In this document: in pieces, positions 13,255 through 25,959 of the stretch
Numbering within the stretch: position 1 is the stretch's first letter
How the letters are laid out: each line of letters starts with the position of its first letter
Assembly (NCBI RefSeq): GCF_046119375.1
Contig: NW_027362764.1
Coordinates: 496,992,001 to 497,056,000, forward strand
From: Phyllobates terribilis
Lineage: Eukaryota
Reading direction: 5' to 3'
DNA length: 64,000 nt
Translations under genes and position numbers: made by a program
Notes under the pieces: model-generated
Told to the model about the DNA's origin: nothing
Seen by the model: the letters and a program-made list of their open reading frames with translations, nothing else
Databases searched by the model: none

Positions 13255-13730
13255 CTACCACTACCACCACTAATACTACCAACACTACTACTACCACTAC
13301 TACTACCACTAATACCACCACAACTACTACTATCACTACTACTATTATCACTACTACCACTAATACCGCTAATACTACCATTAATACCAATACTACAACC
13401 ACTACTCCTATTATTATCACTACTACTACCACTACTACCCCCACTACTACTACCACCACTAGTACTACTACTATTACCACTACTACTATTACCATTACTA
13501 CTACCACTAATACCACTAGTTCTACCACCACTACTACTACTAGCATTACTACTACCACTACTACTACTAGCATTACTATTACTACTAATACCACTAGTAC
13601 TACCACCACTACTACTACTAGCATTACTACTACCACTAGTACTATTACTACCACTACTATTACCACTACTACTACCACCACTAGTACTACCACCACTACT
13701 ACTACCACTAGTACTACTATTTCTACTACA
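13255..13730. repeat. Imperfect (ACT/ACC/ATT)n trinucleotide microsatellite
   Basis: Direct reading; it produces the poly-Thr (+) and poly-Val (-) ORFs. Confidence 0.95.
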
Positions 13731-14098
13731 AGAGAAGATTTATTTGGGATGGTTTTCATTAAATCTTTTGCCATGGAGAATAGTGGGCTGCACAACACAA
13801 GTGTTACATGTAACATAGAAATGACAATTAAGATGCTTAACAAATGTCAGGTCATTGCTACAATGCTAACTCTCCTCAGAATAGATTACAAAGTGTAACG
13901 TGTGGTAATGTATGAGCTGCTGATACGTGGCGTATTTACATTACTGACATTCATAAAGAGATTCTTCCACTACTTGAATAACGAGATTCTTACATGTAGT
14001 GCTCAGACAGCGCAGAAAGGGCCATATTTGGTCAAACTACTGAAATACCCAGACATGTACATCTGGCCTAAATGATAGCCATACACATTATTAAGCTA

Positions 14099-14414
14099 GG
14101 ACTCTTTCACATAGCATTTTTTCCAACGTTCAGTGGCCTCATTAGGGCTTACATCCGAACCCCTCCCCCTGCAAAACGTGAGTCAAGCATATGCGCCGAT
14201 GGGGCCATTGACTATAATGATGCCGTATACGCCTATTGGAAGTAGACAGCTAAACGTAGACTACTATGTCTTAATGTCCACCTCCAATAATCCAATATAA
14301 TGCATCATTACAGTCAATGGCCCCATGGGCGCATACGCCCGAATTTGCAAGGGGCTCGGACATAAGCCCAATGGGGCCACTGAACATAGGAAAAAAAGCT
14401 ATGTGAAAGAGCCC
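14099..14414. mobile_element. Small TIR MITE (Harbinger-like)
   Basis: GGACTCTTTCACATAGC ... GCTATGTGAAAGAGCCC inverted termini. Confidence 0.6.
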
Positions 14415-15937
14415 TACCCTGAACATGCAGAATCGACAGACCACCTCATTTGTTTGACCAACATTTCTTTGGCAGATTATGTTGGTAAGAAGGACTGAAA
14501 GAGTCTGGCAGCGGCATGTCCTCCTCCCCCATGGGAATCACATGCACGCTCGGCCAAATACATAAATGTCTACAGGGGAGATGGAAGGAGAAGCTGATGG
14601 ACAAACAAACATTCAGCCGACAACTATTGAAGGTGTATCGCCATCTTAAAGTATACATCTATTTTCATAAGGAGAGCGATAATAGGGCAGGATTTTGCAT
14701 TATAATTGTGTTTAAACTATTGAATTCAGGAATTTTGATGTCAGTGGGGCTGTCGGGGACATTGATATTGGTGGCCTATTATTACCATAGGTCATCAGTA
14801 TTAGATCGGTGGGAGTCCAACACCCAACGCCACCACTGCTCAGCTGTCTGGAGCTCCAGCACAGTGTAGAGCGGGCACACCACACCTCCATACTCTGTGC
14901 AGCGGCTCTTCTCTGCTGCAGCTCAATTCCCATTGACTTTAATGGGAGCTAAGCGCCACTACCCAAGACTAATCACTAGAGCTGTGCTCTTCAAACTCGG
15001 TAGATTTCCAGACACTGAAGAAGAGGCTAACAGATGAGTTTTGGGGGTGGCAGGTAGCGAACACCCACCGATCTGATATTGAAGACTTATCTAAGTATAG
15101 GCCATAAATTGCAAAGTCCTGGTAAAGTCTTTTCCTGCAGCCCGGACTGGCAGAGGTCTATGCTGTGTGACGCCTATGACTAGGCTACATCCTGCAGACA
15201 GAGAGGGACGTTATTTAATGAAGTACAATTCGCAGCACAGACTCGGACTGGTATATGCTGCATATTGCCTAATACAGTGATTTTAAAAAATGATTATACT
15301 ACAAAGTCTTTTCCATTGTCTTGTGAATCTGAAGGTATGCGGAAAGCATTTTCTTACTGTGTTCCTCATCAGTGACCACTGGATTGAAAACCAAGATCTA
15401 TGGGCAATGGTATACTGTAAAAGTGCAGATGTTTTTTATTTCACTAAAATTGGGGATTCTTATGATGGTTCGTATCACAGGTGTGAATGGGGGTCATTTG
15501 CTTCACTTCATCTTACAAGATGTCCCTCATACACATATAGGCTCATGGGACCCAAAATTCCAGATATGACGTCCATTCTATTCTGCATATCGGACCCCAT
15601 GCATGTGTGAACAGCTGTCATGCAAATAGTTTCCTATGTAAAAACATGAGCTGTATGATGAGGTGACGAGAGCCCCACACATGTATTGATCATCTCTTAT
15701 TTACAAAGAATAAACCACAAAACACAATGGTTATATACACATCCATCCAAAGCAGTATTGTGTCTAGTCTGAGGATACAAGCTCCTTACACTGCGGACTA
15801 TGCTCGCTGCTGTCATTGCCTGCCATGTGACAAGTGTCATCCCTACACGTGCCAGGAACTGTTCCAGACCCTGAATCTTATAGCTGCAGAGGTCTGGCAG
15901 ATACTTTGATGGCTTTACCTTAACTCTTCCCATAAAC

Positions 15938-17245
15938 CACTCAAACATACAGAGGACCAAAATGAAAAACTTGGACAAAGTAGTCGGCCAACCAGTAAAC
16001 AGTATAATGGCCCCACATAGTCCTCCATACAGAATAATGGGCCCCACATAGTCCTCCATACAGAATAATAGGCCCCACATAGTCCTCCATACAGAATAAT
16101 GGGCCCCAGAAAGTCCTCCATACAGAATAATGGGCCCCAAATAGTCCTACATACAGAATAATGGTCCCCAGAGAGTCCTCCATACAGAATAATGGGCCCC
16201 ACATTGTCCTACATACAGAATAATGGGTCCCATAGTCCTCCATACAGAATAATGGGCCCCACATAGTCCTCCATACAGAATAATGGGCCCCACATAGTCC
16301 TCCATACAGAATAATGGGCCCCACATAGTCCTCCATACAGAATAATGGGCCCCACATAGTCCTACATACAGAATAATGGGTCCCATAGTCCTCCATACAG
16401 AATAATGGGCCCCACATAGTCCTCCATACAGAATAATGGGCCCCACATAGTCCTCCATACAGAATAATGGGCCCCACATAGTCCTCCATACAGAATAATG
16501 GGCCCCAGAAAGTCCTTCATACAGAATAATGGGCCCCACATAGTCCTACATACAGAATAATGGGCCCCACATAGTCCTCCATACAGAATAATGGGCCCCA
16601 CATAGTCCTCCATACAGAATAATGGGCCCCAGAAAGTCCTTCATACAGAATAATGGGCCCCACATAGTCCTACATACAGAATAATGGGTCCCACATAGTC
16701 CTCCATACAGTATAATGGGCCCCACATAGTCCTCCATACAGAATAATGAGCCCCACATAGTGTTCCATACAGCATAATGGGCCCCACATAGTCCTCCATA
16801 CAGAATAATGGGCCCCACATAGTCCTCCATACAGAATAATGGGCCCCACATAGTCCTCCATTACAGAATAATGGCCCCACATAGACCTCCATACAGAATA
16901 ATGGGCCCCACATAGTCCTCCATACAGAATAATGGGCCCCACATAGTCCTCCATACAGAATAATGGGCCCCACATAGTCCTCCATACAGAATAATGGGCC
17001 CCACATAGTCCTCCATACAGAATAATGGCCCCACATAGTCCTCCATACAGAATAATGGGCCCCACATAGTCCTCCATACAGAATAATAGGCCCCACATAG
17101 TCCTCCATACAGAATAATGAGCCCCACATAGTCCTCCATACAGAATAATGGGCCCCACATAGGGTTTGCAGTTCTGGTGTCGAGGGCCAAATAAAACCAC
17201 CCTACAGGCCAGATTTAGCCCACGGGCCAGAGTTTGCCGCATATG
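15938..17245. mobile_element. hAT/Charlie-like non-autonomous element carrying a 31-bp minisatellite
   Basis: Right end GGCCAGATTTAGCCCACGGGCCAGAGTTTGCCGCATATG resembles Charlie-type ends. Flanks CCATAAAC (15930-15937) and CCATAAAT (17246-17253) match 7/8. The left TIR looks partly deleted. Confidence 0.55.
15999..17160. repeat. 31-bp minisatellite, about 37 copies
   Basis: Unit CCCCACATAGTCCTCCATACAGAATAATGGG; period 31 (16261 to 16292). Confidence 0.96.
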
Positions 17246-17490
17246 CCATAAATGAACCCAACACTGATGCAAGTCTAAAGAAGATACAAATCTCCCCTAA
17301 ATGATTCCCAGTGCCATTTACATAATACTAAGGCCAATCTAATGGCAGGTAAATGCTGGGCATGTTTATGGCAGGCCCACATGCCTAGCAGGATGCCCAT
17401 CAGGTTCCAGGCTGCAGGCACCACTGCTGTGGGCACATCCTGCCCTGTGGGCACAGGCAGACTCGTTGATGGGCATTATGTGGCACTCAC

Positions 17491-17743
17491 CTAAGGTCTT
17501 GACCGCGATCTGCTTAGTGAGGGGAGGAGGCAGGTTGATGCACACCAGGTCCACGTCTTGGTGCAGTAAGACGTCGTCGATGCGGTTGGTATAGAAGGGC
17601 ACACTCATCTCCTTGGCGAGCTCCTCGGCCTCCTCCTGCGTCCTGCCCCATAAAGCCTTCACCGAAAACCCCTCGTCTTTTAGTAAAGGGATGATCACCC
17701 TGGACGTCAGGCTGGTGCCGAACACCCCGACCCCGGGCAGCAT
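17491..17743 (-). CDS. GFOD1: GFOD1 (Gfo/Idh/MocA family oxidoreductase domain-containing 1), first coding exon (253 nt); the rest of the gene lies left of the window
   Basis: Translates [84 protein letters not shown]+G, nearly identical to remembered vertebrate GFOD1. Start context ACCATG, donor AG|GTGAGT at 17490. Synteny with SIRT5 and NOL7. Confidence 0.95.
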
Positions 17744-18140
17744 GGTGGTCACACAATGGCAAGGGGCAGCAGGAAGCAGCAGAGGTTACAGGCGCAGGAT
17801 GCCCAGTCCTGGAGGAGCAGGGATGCCTACTGGGTGCCCTCCTCACCTCGCAGGCTGCAGGGGCCAAGCTCTCTCCCCCATGTCCTGCTCATGCCGGTAT
17901 CCTGCACACAGCCGGCCTGCCTCGCCTCTTCTCACCCAGGGACAGCGGAGAGGGCAGAGAGCAGCCTGCGGGCAGTGCCAGCGCCTCAGCTTGTGACACA
18001 CAGCATGCCGGGCTGCCTCCTGCCATGATCGCAGGCTTCTCCTCTTCATTGCTGTGCGGCAGGGAGAGGGCGGAGACAGCTGCTGTCACCTACGGCCTGG
18101 GCTCGCCTGCAACGCCCTCTCCCGGGCGACACCCGCCAGT
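17744..18140 (-). promoter_or_regulatory. GFOD1: GC/CpG-rich GFOD1 5' leader and probable promoter
   Basis: GC-rich unique sequence directly upstream of the ATG. The TSS cannot be determined from sequence. Confidence 0.55.
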
Positions 18141-18145
18141 GGCTG

Positions 18146-19507
18146 AGGGCTCCTAGGGACCTCACTGCAGCCCATACATGAAAGGGTATGGCCAGTATGG
18201 AGGGGCTGTCAGGGGACCCCACTGTAGCCCATATATGTAAGGGCATGGCCAATATGGGGGGGCTGTCAGGGGACCTCACTGCAACCAATACATGTAAGGG
18301 TATGACCAGTATAGAGGGGCTCCCAGGGACCTCACTGCAACCAATACATGTAAGGGTATGACCAGTATAGAGGGGCTTCCAGGGACCTCACTGCAACCAA
18401 TACATGTAAGGGCATGGCCAGTATGGAGGGGCTCCCAGGGAACCCCACTGCAGCCCATACATGTAAGGGTATGGCCAGTATGGAGGGGCTCCCAGGGTAT
18501 CTCACTGCAGCCCATACATGTAAAGGCATGGCCAGTATGGAGGGGCTCCCAGGGGACCCCACTGCAACCAATACATGTAAGGGCATGGCCAGTATGGAGG
18601 GGCTCCCAGGGGACCTCACTGCAACCCACACATGTAAGGACATGGCCAGTAGGGAGGGGCTCACAGGAGACCTCACTGCAACCAATACATGTAAGGGCAT
18701 GGCCAGTATGGAGGGGACCCCACTGCAACCAATACATGTAAGGGCATGGCCAGTATGGAGGAGCTCCCAGAGGACCTCACTGCAACCCACACATGTAAGG
18801 GCATGGCCAGTATGGAGGGGCTCCCAGGGGACCCCACTGCAACCAATACATGTAAGGGCATGGCCAGTATGGAGGAGCTCCCAGGGGACCTCACTGCAAC
18901 CCACACATGTAAGGGCATGGCCAGTATGGAGGGGCTCCCATGAGACCTCACTGCAACCAATACATGTAAGGGCATGGCCAGTATGGAGGGGCTCACAGGG
19001 GACCTCACTGCAGCCCATACATGTAAGGATATGGCCAGTATGGAGGGGCTCCCAGGGACCTCGCTGGAGCCCATACATGTAAGGGCATGGCCAGTATGGA
19101 GGGGCTCCCAGGGACCTCACTGCAGCCCATACATGAAAGGGTATGGCCAGTATGGAGGGGCTGTCAGGGGACCCCACTGCAGCCCATATATGTAAGAGCA
19201 TGGCCAATATGGAGGGGCTGTCAGGGGACCTCACTGCAACCAATACATGTAAGGGTATGGCCAGTATGGAGGGGCTCCCAGGGAACCCCACTGCAGCCCA
19301 TACATGTAAGGGTATGGCCAGTATGGAAGGGCTCCCAGGGACCTCACTGCAGCCCATACATGTAAGGGCATAGCCAGTATGGAAGGGCTCCCAGGGATCT
19401 CACTGCAGCCCATACATGTAAGGATATGGCCAGTATGGAGGGGCTCCCATGGGACCTCACTGCAGCCCCTACATGTAAAGGCATGGCCAGTATGGAGGGG
19501 CTCCCAT
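18146..19507. repeat. 56-57-bp minisatellite, about 24 copies, abutting the GFOD1 5' region
   Basis: Unit CCAGTATGGAGGGGCTCCCAGGGGACCTCACTGCAACCAATACATGTAAGGGCATGG (18807 to 18864). No TIR or TSD seen. Confidence 0.95.
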
Positions 19508-20147
19508 TAAGTGCACATGGCAGCACAAACCTTTTAGTCAGTAACATGCATTGAACAAGAATGTTTGATACTAACAGAATAATAATTATATATATAATGC
19601 CTATATAATGCCTGCTGCTTGTAACCCTTTATTGACTTGAGCTTCATTCACACATCCACTTTTCATGTTCGTGTATCTATGTTTTTCAAAGACCCATTCA
19701 CATGTCTGTGTTTTTTTTTTCTTTAGAGGAATAACTGGTCCTTGAAAAAAAAAATCAGAGACATCCATCTTTGATCTGCGTTATGGATGAAAATCATTCA
19801 TATACTGTAAGTCTATGGGTCCATGAAAAATTAATGAGAGGTCATATTGTCACCAGTGTGCTGTCCGTCATTTATATTGTTATGATTAGGAGAAACTTTG
19901 TAATTTATTTATATTTCAAATGTGAAAATCCCTGAAGAAACTCTGATGGTAAAAACTTACACTGACTAAACACTGATGAAACTAAGATCCAAAACACTGA
20001 AGAAAATTAGATCGTTTTTTTGTGTAGCAGAAATATCACTTACGTCTGAATGAGACCTTAGGGCTCGTGCAGACGTCCGTGGATCTCAGTGTTCACAGAC
20101 TGGCTGCGAGAAATCCGACCGGGGCATGACAACTTCATATATATTTA

Positions 20148-23100
20148 CTAGTTATTGAACCATTTCTAACCCCGGGTGAAGAGCATTTTTATTGGTGTAT
20201 GATCCCCCATCCTGATATATGCTTCCCCATCCTGATATATGCTCCCCAATCCTGGTCCCCCATCCTGGTATATGCTCCCCCATCCTGGTATATGATCCCC
20301 TATCCTGGTATATGCTCTCCCATCCTGGTATATGCTCCCAAATCCTGGTCCCTCGTCCTGATATATGCTCTTCCATCCTGGTATATGCTCTCCCATCCTG
20401 GTCCCCTATCCTGGTATATGTGCCCCAATCCTGGTCCCCCATCCGGGCATATGCTCCCCCATCCTGGTATCTGCTCCCCCATCCTGGTATATGCTCCCCC
20501 ATCCTGGTCCCCTATCCTGGTATATGCTCCCCCATCCTGGTATATGCTCCCCCATCTTTGTCCCCTATCCTGGTATATGCTCTCCCATCCTGGTATATGC
20601 TCCCCCATCCTGGTCCTCCATCCTGGTATATGCTACCCCATCCTGGTATATGCTACCAAATCCTGGTCCCACATACTGGTATATGCTCCCCCATCCTGGT
20701 CCCCTATCCTGGTATATGCTCCCCCATCCTGGTCCTCCATCCTGGTATATGCTCCCCCATCCTGGCATATGCTCCCCCATCCTGGTATATGCTCCCCCAT
20801 CCTGGTATATGCTCCCCAATGCTGGTACCCTATCCTAGTATATGTTTTCCATCCTGGTCCCCTGTCCTGGCATATGCTCCCCCATCCTGGCATATGCTCT
20901 CCCATTCTGGTATATGCTCCCCCATCCTGGTTTATGCTCCCCCATCTTGGTCTCCTATCCTGGTATACGCTTCCCAATCCTGGTTCCCCATCCTGGTATA
21001 TGCTTCTCCATCCTGGTATATGCTCCCCCATCCTAGTCCCTTATCCTGTTATGTGCTCCCCCATCCTGGTATATGCTTCCCCATCCTGTTATATGCTCCC
21101 CCATCCTGGTATATGCTGCCCCATCTTGGTATATGCTCTCCCATCCTGGTATTTTCACCCCCATCCTGGTATATGCTCCCCCATCCTGATCCCCTATCCT
21201 GGTATATGCTCCCCCATCCTGGTATATGATCCCTCATCCTGGTATATGCCCCCCCCATTCTGGTCCCTTATCCTGGTATATGCTCCTCCATCCTGGTATG
21301 TGCTCTCCCATGCTGGTATATGCTCCCCAATCCTAGTCCCCCATCCAGGTATATGCTCCCCCATCCTGGTATATGCTCCCCCATCCTGGTATATGCTCCT
21401 CAATCCTGGTATATGCTACCCAATCCTGGTCCCCTATCCTGGTATGTGCTCCCCCATCCTGGTATATGCTCCCCCATCCTGTTGTGCTCCCCCATCCTGG
21501 TATATGCTCCCCCATCCTTTTCCCTTATCCTGTTATGTGCTCCCCCATCCTGGTATATGCTCCCCCATCCTATTCCCTTATCCTGTTATGTGCTCCCCCA
21601 TCCTGGTATATGCTCCCCCATCCTGGTCCCCTATCCTGGTATATGCTCCCCCCTCTTGGTATATGCTCCCTCATCCTGGTATATGCTCCCTCAACCGGGT
21701 ATATTCTCCCCAATCCTGGTCCTCCATCCTAGTATATGCTCCCCCATCCTATTATATGCTCCCCCATCCTGGTATATGCTCCCATATCCTGGTCCCCTAT
21801 CCTGGTATATACTCCCCAATCCTGGTCCCCTATACTGGTATATGCTCCCCCATCCTGGTCCCCTATCCTGGTATATGCTCCCCTATCCTGGTCCCCCATC
21901 CTGGTATATGCTCCCCCATCCTGATCCCCTATCCTGGTATATGCTCCCCAATCCTGCCCCCCCATCGTAATATTTGCTCCCCTATCCTGGTATCTGGTCC
22001 CCTCTCCTGGTATATGCTTCCCAATCCTGGTCCCCTATCCTGGTATATGCTCCCCCATCCTGGTATATGCTCCTCAATCCTGGTCCCCCATCCTGGTATA
22101 TGCTCCCCCATCCGGGTATCTGGTCCCCTATCATGGTATATGCTCCCCAATCCTGGTATATTCTCCCCCATCCTGGTATATGCTCCCCTATCCTGGTCCC
22201 CCATCATGGTATATGCTACCCCATTGTGGTCCCCAAATCCTGTTATGTGCTCCCCTATCCTGGTATAAGTTCCCCCATCTTGGTATTTGTGCCCCCATCC
22301 TGGTATATGCTCCCTCAACCGGGTATATGCTCCACAATCCTGGTCCCCCATCCTGGTACATGCTCGCCCATCCTATTGTATGGTCCCCCATCCTGGTATA
22401 TGCTCCCACATCCTGGTCCCCTATCATGGTATATACTCCCCAATCCTGGTCCCCTATACTGGTATATGCTCCCCCATCCTGGTCCCCTATCCTGGTATAT
22501 GCTCCCCAATCCTGGTCCCCCATCCTGGTATATGCTCCCCCCATCCTGGTCCCCTATCCTGGTATATGCTCCCCAATCCTGGTGCCCCCATCGGGGTATA
22601 TACTCCCCCATCCTGGTATCTCGTCCCCTCTCCTGGTATATGCTCCCCAAGCCTGGTCCCCCATCCTGGTATATGCTCCCCAATTCTGGTCCCCTATCCT
22701 GGTATATGCTCCTCAATCCTGGTCCCCCATCCTGGTATATGCTCCCCAAACCTGGTATCTGGTCCCCCATCCTGGTATATGCTCCCCCATCCTGGTATAT
22801 GCTCCCCTATCCTGGTCCCACAACATGGTATATGCTACCCCATTGTGGTCCCCTATCCTGTTATGTGCTCTCCTATCCTGGTATATGCTACCCCATCTTG
22901 GTATTTGTGCCCCCATACTGATATTTGTGCTCCCATCCTGGTTTATGCTCCCCCATCCTGGTGTATGCTTCCCCCCATCCTTGTATATGCTCCCCCATCA
23001 TGGTATTTGTGCCCCCATCCTGCTGTATGCTTCCCCATCCTGGTATATGCTCCCCCATGCTGGTATTTGTGTCCCCATCCTGCTATATGCTCCCCCCTCC

Positions 23101-23753
23101 TGTTATGTGCTCCCCCATCCTGGTATTTGCGCCCGCATCCTGGTCCCCCATCCTGTTATGTGCTCCCCCATCCTGGTATTTGCGCCTCCATCCTGGTATA
23201 TGCTCCCCCATCCTTCTCCCCCCACCTGGTATATGCTCCTCCATCCATCCATAAATTAAATAAAAAAAACACTCCTACTCAGCTTTCCATCCCTCCCCTG
23301 CAGTGCGTCGCAGGAATCAGCGCCTGCATTGTGCGATATCCGGCGCCATTTTATTGAAGACAAATTTGCAGAGTGTCTTAAACACAATGGTGCTGGAGTA
23401 TGCGCATACGCATTCTGCGATGTCCGGCGCCATTTTGCTGAAGACACACTGCAAATGTGTCTTCACTAAAATGGGGCCAGATATCACGCTATGCGCAGGC
23501 GTCGATTCCAACGTCACACTCCTCCCCCAGCCCGAACAGAGGCACGTCACACTCCTCCCCGGCAGGTATATGCTTATCTCGTCGGAGATCGCAATATGCA
23601 TTCAGTGCCTACACATACCGCGATATCCGGTGCCACACTCCTCATCCCTGTCTGGGATGTGGATGTGGTCTTCTGTCTGGGGCCAGACTGCACAGGCGCA
23701 TTGCAGTCTATAGAGGCTTTGACAGACGGAAACATCTCTGCCTATATTATAGA
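20148..23753 (-). mobile_element. Non-autonomous Helitron carrying a 3-kb minisatellite
   Basis: Minus strand reads A|TCTATAATATAGG (5' TC at 23753) ... AATAACTAG|T (3' CTAG at 20151-20148). Inserted between A and T with no TSD. The subterminal hairpin is degenerate. Confidence 0.7.
20199..23250. repeat. Compound 14/20-bp C-rich minisatellite
   Basis: Interleaved CCCCCATCCTGGTATATGCT and CCCCATCCTGGTCC units. Confidence 0.95.
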
Positions 23754-25959
23754 TGAGGCTGTCACGCTCAGGTTGGTAGAGCCGCGACCAGTCTGTATAT
23801 TACAATCTGTGCTTGGACCGAGATCCACGGACGTCCGCATGAGGCCTAAGGTCGGGGTCACACGAGCGATGCTTCTCTCATGTGAGAATCTTGGCTGATT
23901 ATGCTAATGCCACTCTGATCACACTCTGTCAGAGATTGAGCTGAGTGTCATCTTGGTGTGATCCGATTCTCTCACATGTGAGAATCATATGTGATAAAGC
24001 GACTTACTTTGCTGTATGTGGAGGTAGACAAGTAACACTGTCTCTTTAAATTTCCAGTTGGTTTATTAAGCGGCATAAACCAATGCAGAGTTCATGAAAA
24101 ATAAACATAGCCCATCTGGCATAACAGCAAAACAAACTAAGAAAATGTCCAGCAAAGTCCTTGCACCGGCCGCTCAGGATCAGCAAAAAACCTACCCGGT
24201 TCAGCTTAGCACAAAACAACACAAACTGCCCTCTCTGGAGCTGGCCTCCAGATACTGACCAATACCTGAGTGTCAGGGCTGGCTATTAGTCGCGAACGAT
24301 CCGACACAAAGAGTTGGCTCGCTAATGGGAGCCGGCACCCCAGTGAGAGCCACTAACTTCTCTAAATGGCTCTCACTGGGCGTAAAATCGCGATGTTCGG
24401 CGGTTGAAACTCCGCTCACCCAAACCAAACTCCGCCCACTCTTCTATTTAATTGACTAATCGTGAGTGGGCGGAGTTTCAGCCGTGGATGGGCGGAGTTT
24501 CACCTATGGTGAACCCATATTTAATAGGGATCCATTTAGGATCCAAAAGAGCTCTTTTTGGTGAGCAGAGGCAGAAGAGCCAGATCGCCAAAAAGAGCTG
24601 GACTGCCCATCACTACTGGCTATTTAAAGCCCAGACACTCCCCTGATTGGAAGGATGGTGGATAACGTCCCTCCCTGCACTTCGTTATCCACTGAAAACA
24701 TTTCCTTGTAACTGTGGTTCTATTAACTCTCTCTGCACCAAGTGTGCAGGAGAACTCACATGTTTTCACATCACTGAGGCTAAGAGTCTCAGCGACACAT
24801 ACCTCCCTTCCGAAACACTACCAGTGACTTTGTCACACGTATCACAGGTGCAGAGGAGACGGAGAACTTAATTTCTCCATTGTCTGAGTCCTCGGATATT
24901 GGACTGAACTCAGATAACATCCAATTGTAGTCCAATGTTTCACACGCACCCATAGACTTGTAAGAGTGCACGTGATCCTAATTCCCGAGCCACTCGCAGC
25001 GTGCAACTCCACATGAGAAAAAAATTGCAGATCTGCACTGCCCCCTAGAATACCATTGGGCCAAGTGCTATGTGATAAAACATTGGATAGCAGTTGACGT
25101 ATTATACTCTAGTGTGAGCGAGCCCTTATACTGAGGACCTATCCTTAGGGTAGATTATCAATATCAGATCAGTGGGTTCCGACACACGGCACCATCTTCG
25201 CCAGGGGACAGATTTACATAGTGTCCTAAATTGAAGATCTCCCCTCCGTGACACTGGTGGCTGCTGCTGGTACTGCAGGCCAGATCCTATTGTTTGAATA
25301 GGAGTAGATCTGCAGTGCTGTTCCTTCCATACCCTGTTTACATCCGGTACCAGCTGAGTGGTAAGGGGGCTGTCTGTCAGACCCCCACTGATCCCAGTGT
25401 TCTTTATGGAGATGAAGATCATTAACCTCATAATGTCACAATTTTCCATATCTTCATTTAAAATGACGTAACTTCTTAATTTTTCCATCAACATACACTA
25501 TATGGACGAAATTATTGGGACACCTACACATTACACATATAGGAGCTTTTATGATCTTCCATTTTAAATCCACAGCCATTAATACTGAGTTTATCCCCAC
25601 CATACAGCTAGAACAGCTTCCACTCTTCTGGGAAGACTTTCTAGATTTTGGAGGTGTCTGTGGGAATTTTTGTGGATTCCTCCAGACTCTGATGCGGATG
25701 GGTGAGCCTGGATTTACCTTTGATTGGGATTATCCATTAAAAAAGCTTTATTTTACTCATTCGGAACAGCTTTTATTTCTATTTTCTAGTGTGAAGATCT
25801 ATAGTTTCCCTTTAGGTTGTTCACCCAATACTGGAGGAATACGAGAGTTTCTCTTTAGGTATACTGGATCATGTAGGAATATCTAGATTTTCCCTTTAAG
25901 TACAACAGGTATTGTAGGAAAGTCTAACGTTTCCCTTGAAATATACCGGACACTGGAGG

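Noticed and set aside
13172-13898. 219-aa Thr-rich mucin-like ORF and 223-aa Val-rich antisense ORF
   Set aside because: Both are products of a trinucleotide microsatellite; no signal peptide or splice context.
15697-17272. GPIILYGGLCGAHYSVWRTMW repeat ORFs
   Set aside because: Frame-rotating translations of the 31-bp minisatellite.
17366-17490. ORF track extends the GFOD1 ORF to 128 aa
   Set aside because: Similarity stops at the GTGAGT donor (17490); the extension is intron read-through. The GTG at 17752 is not the start.
18146-19507. CTCF-like GGCCAGTATGGAGGGGC in the 57-bp array, and long ORFs
   Set aside because: Several mismatches at invariant core positions, so not called CTCF. The ORFs are repeat translations.
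20199-23357. 689-aa and other Pro/Tyr-rich extensin-like ORFs; CCAGGATGGGGGAGC as a CTCF site
   Set aside because: The ORFs are open in several frames because of low-complexity repeats inside a Helitron. The motif misses three key CTCF positions.
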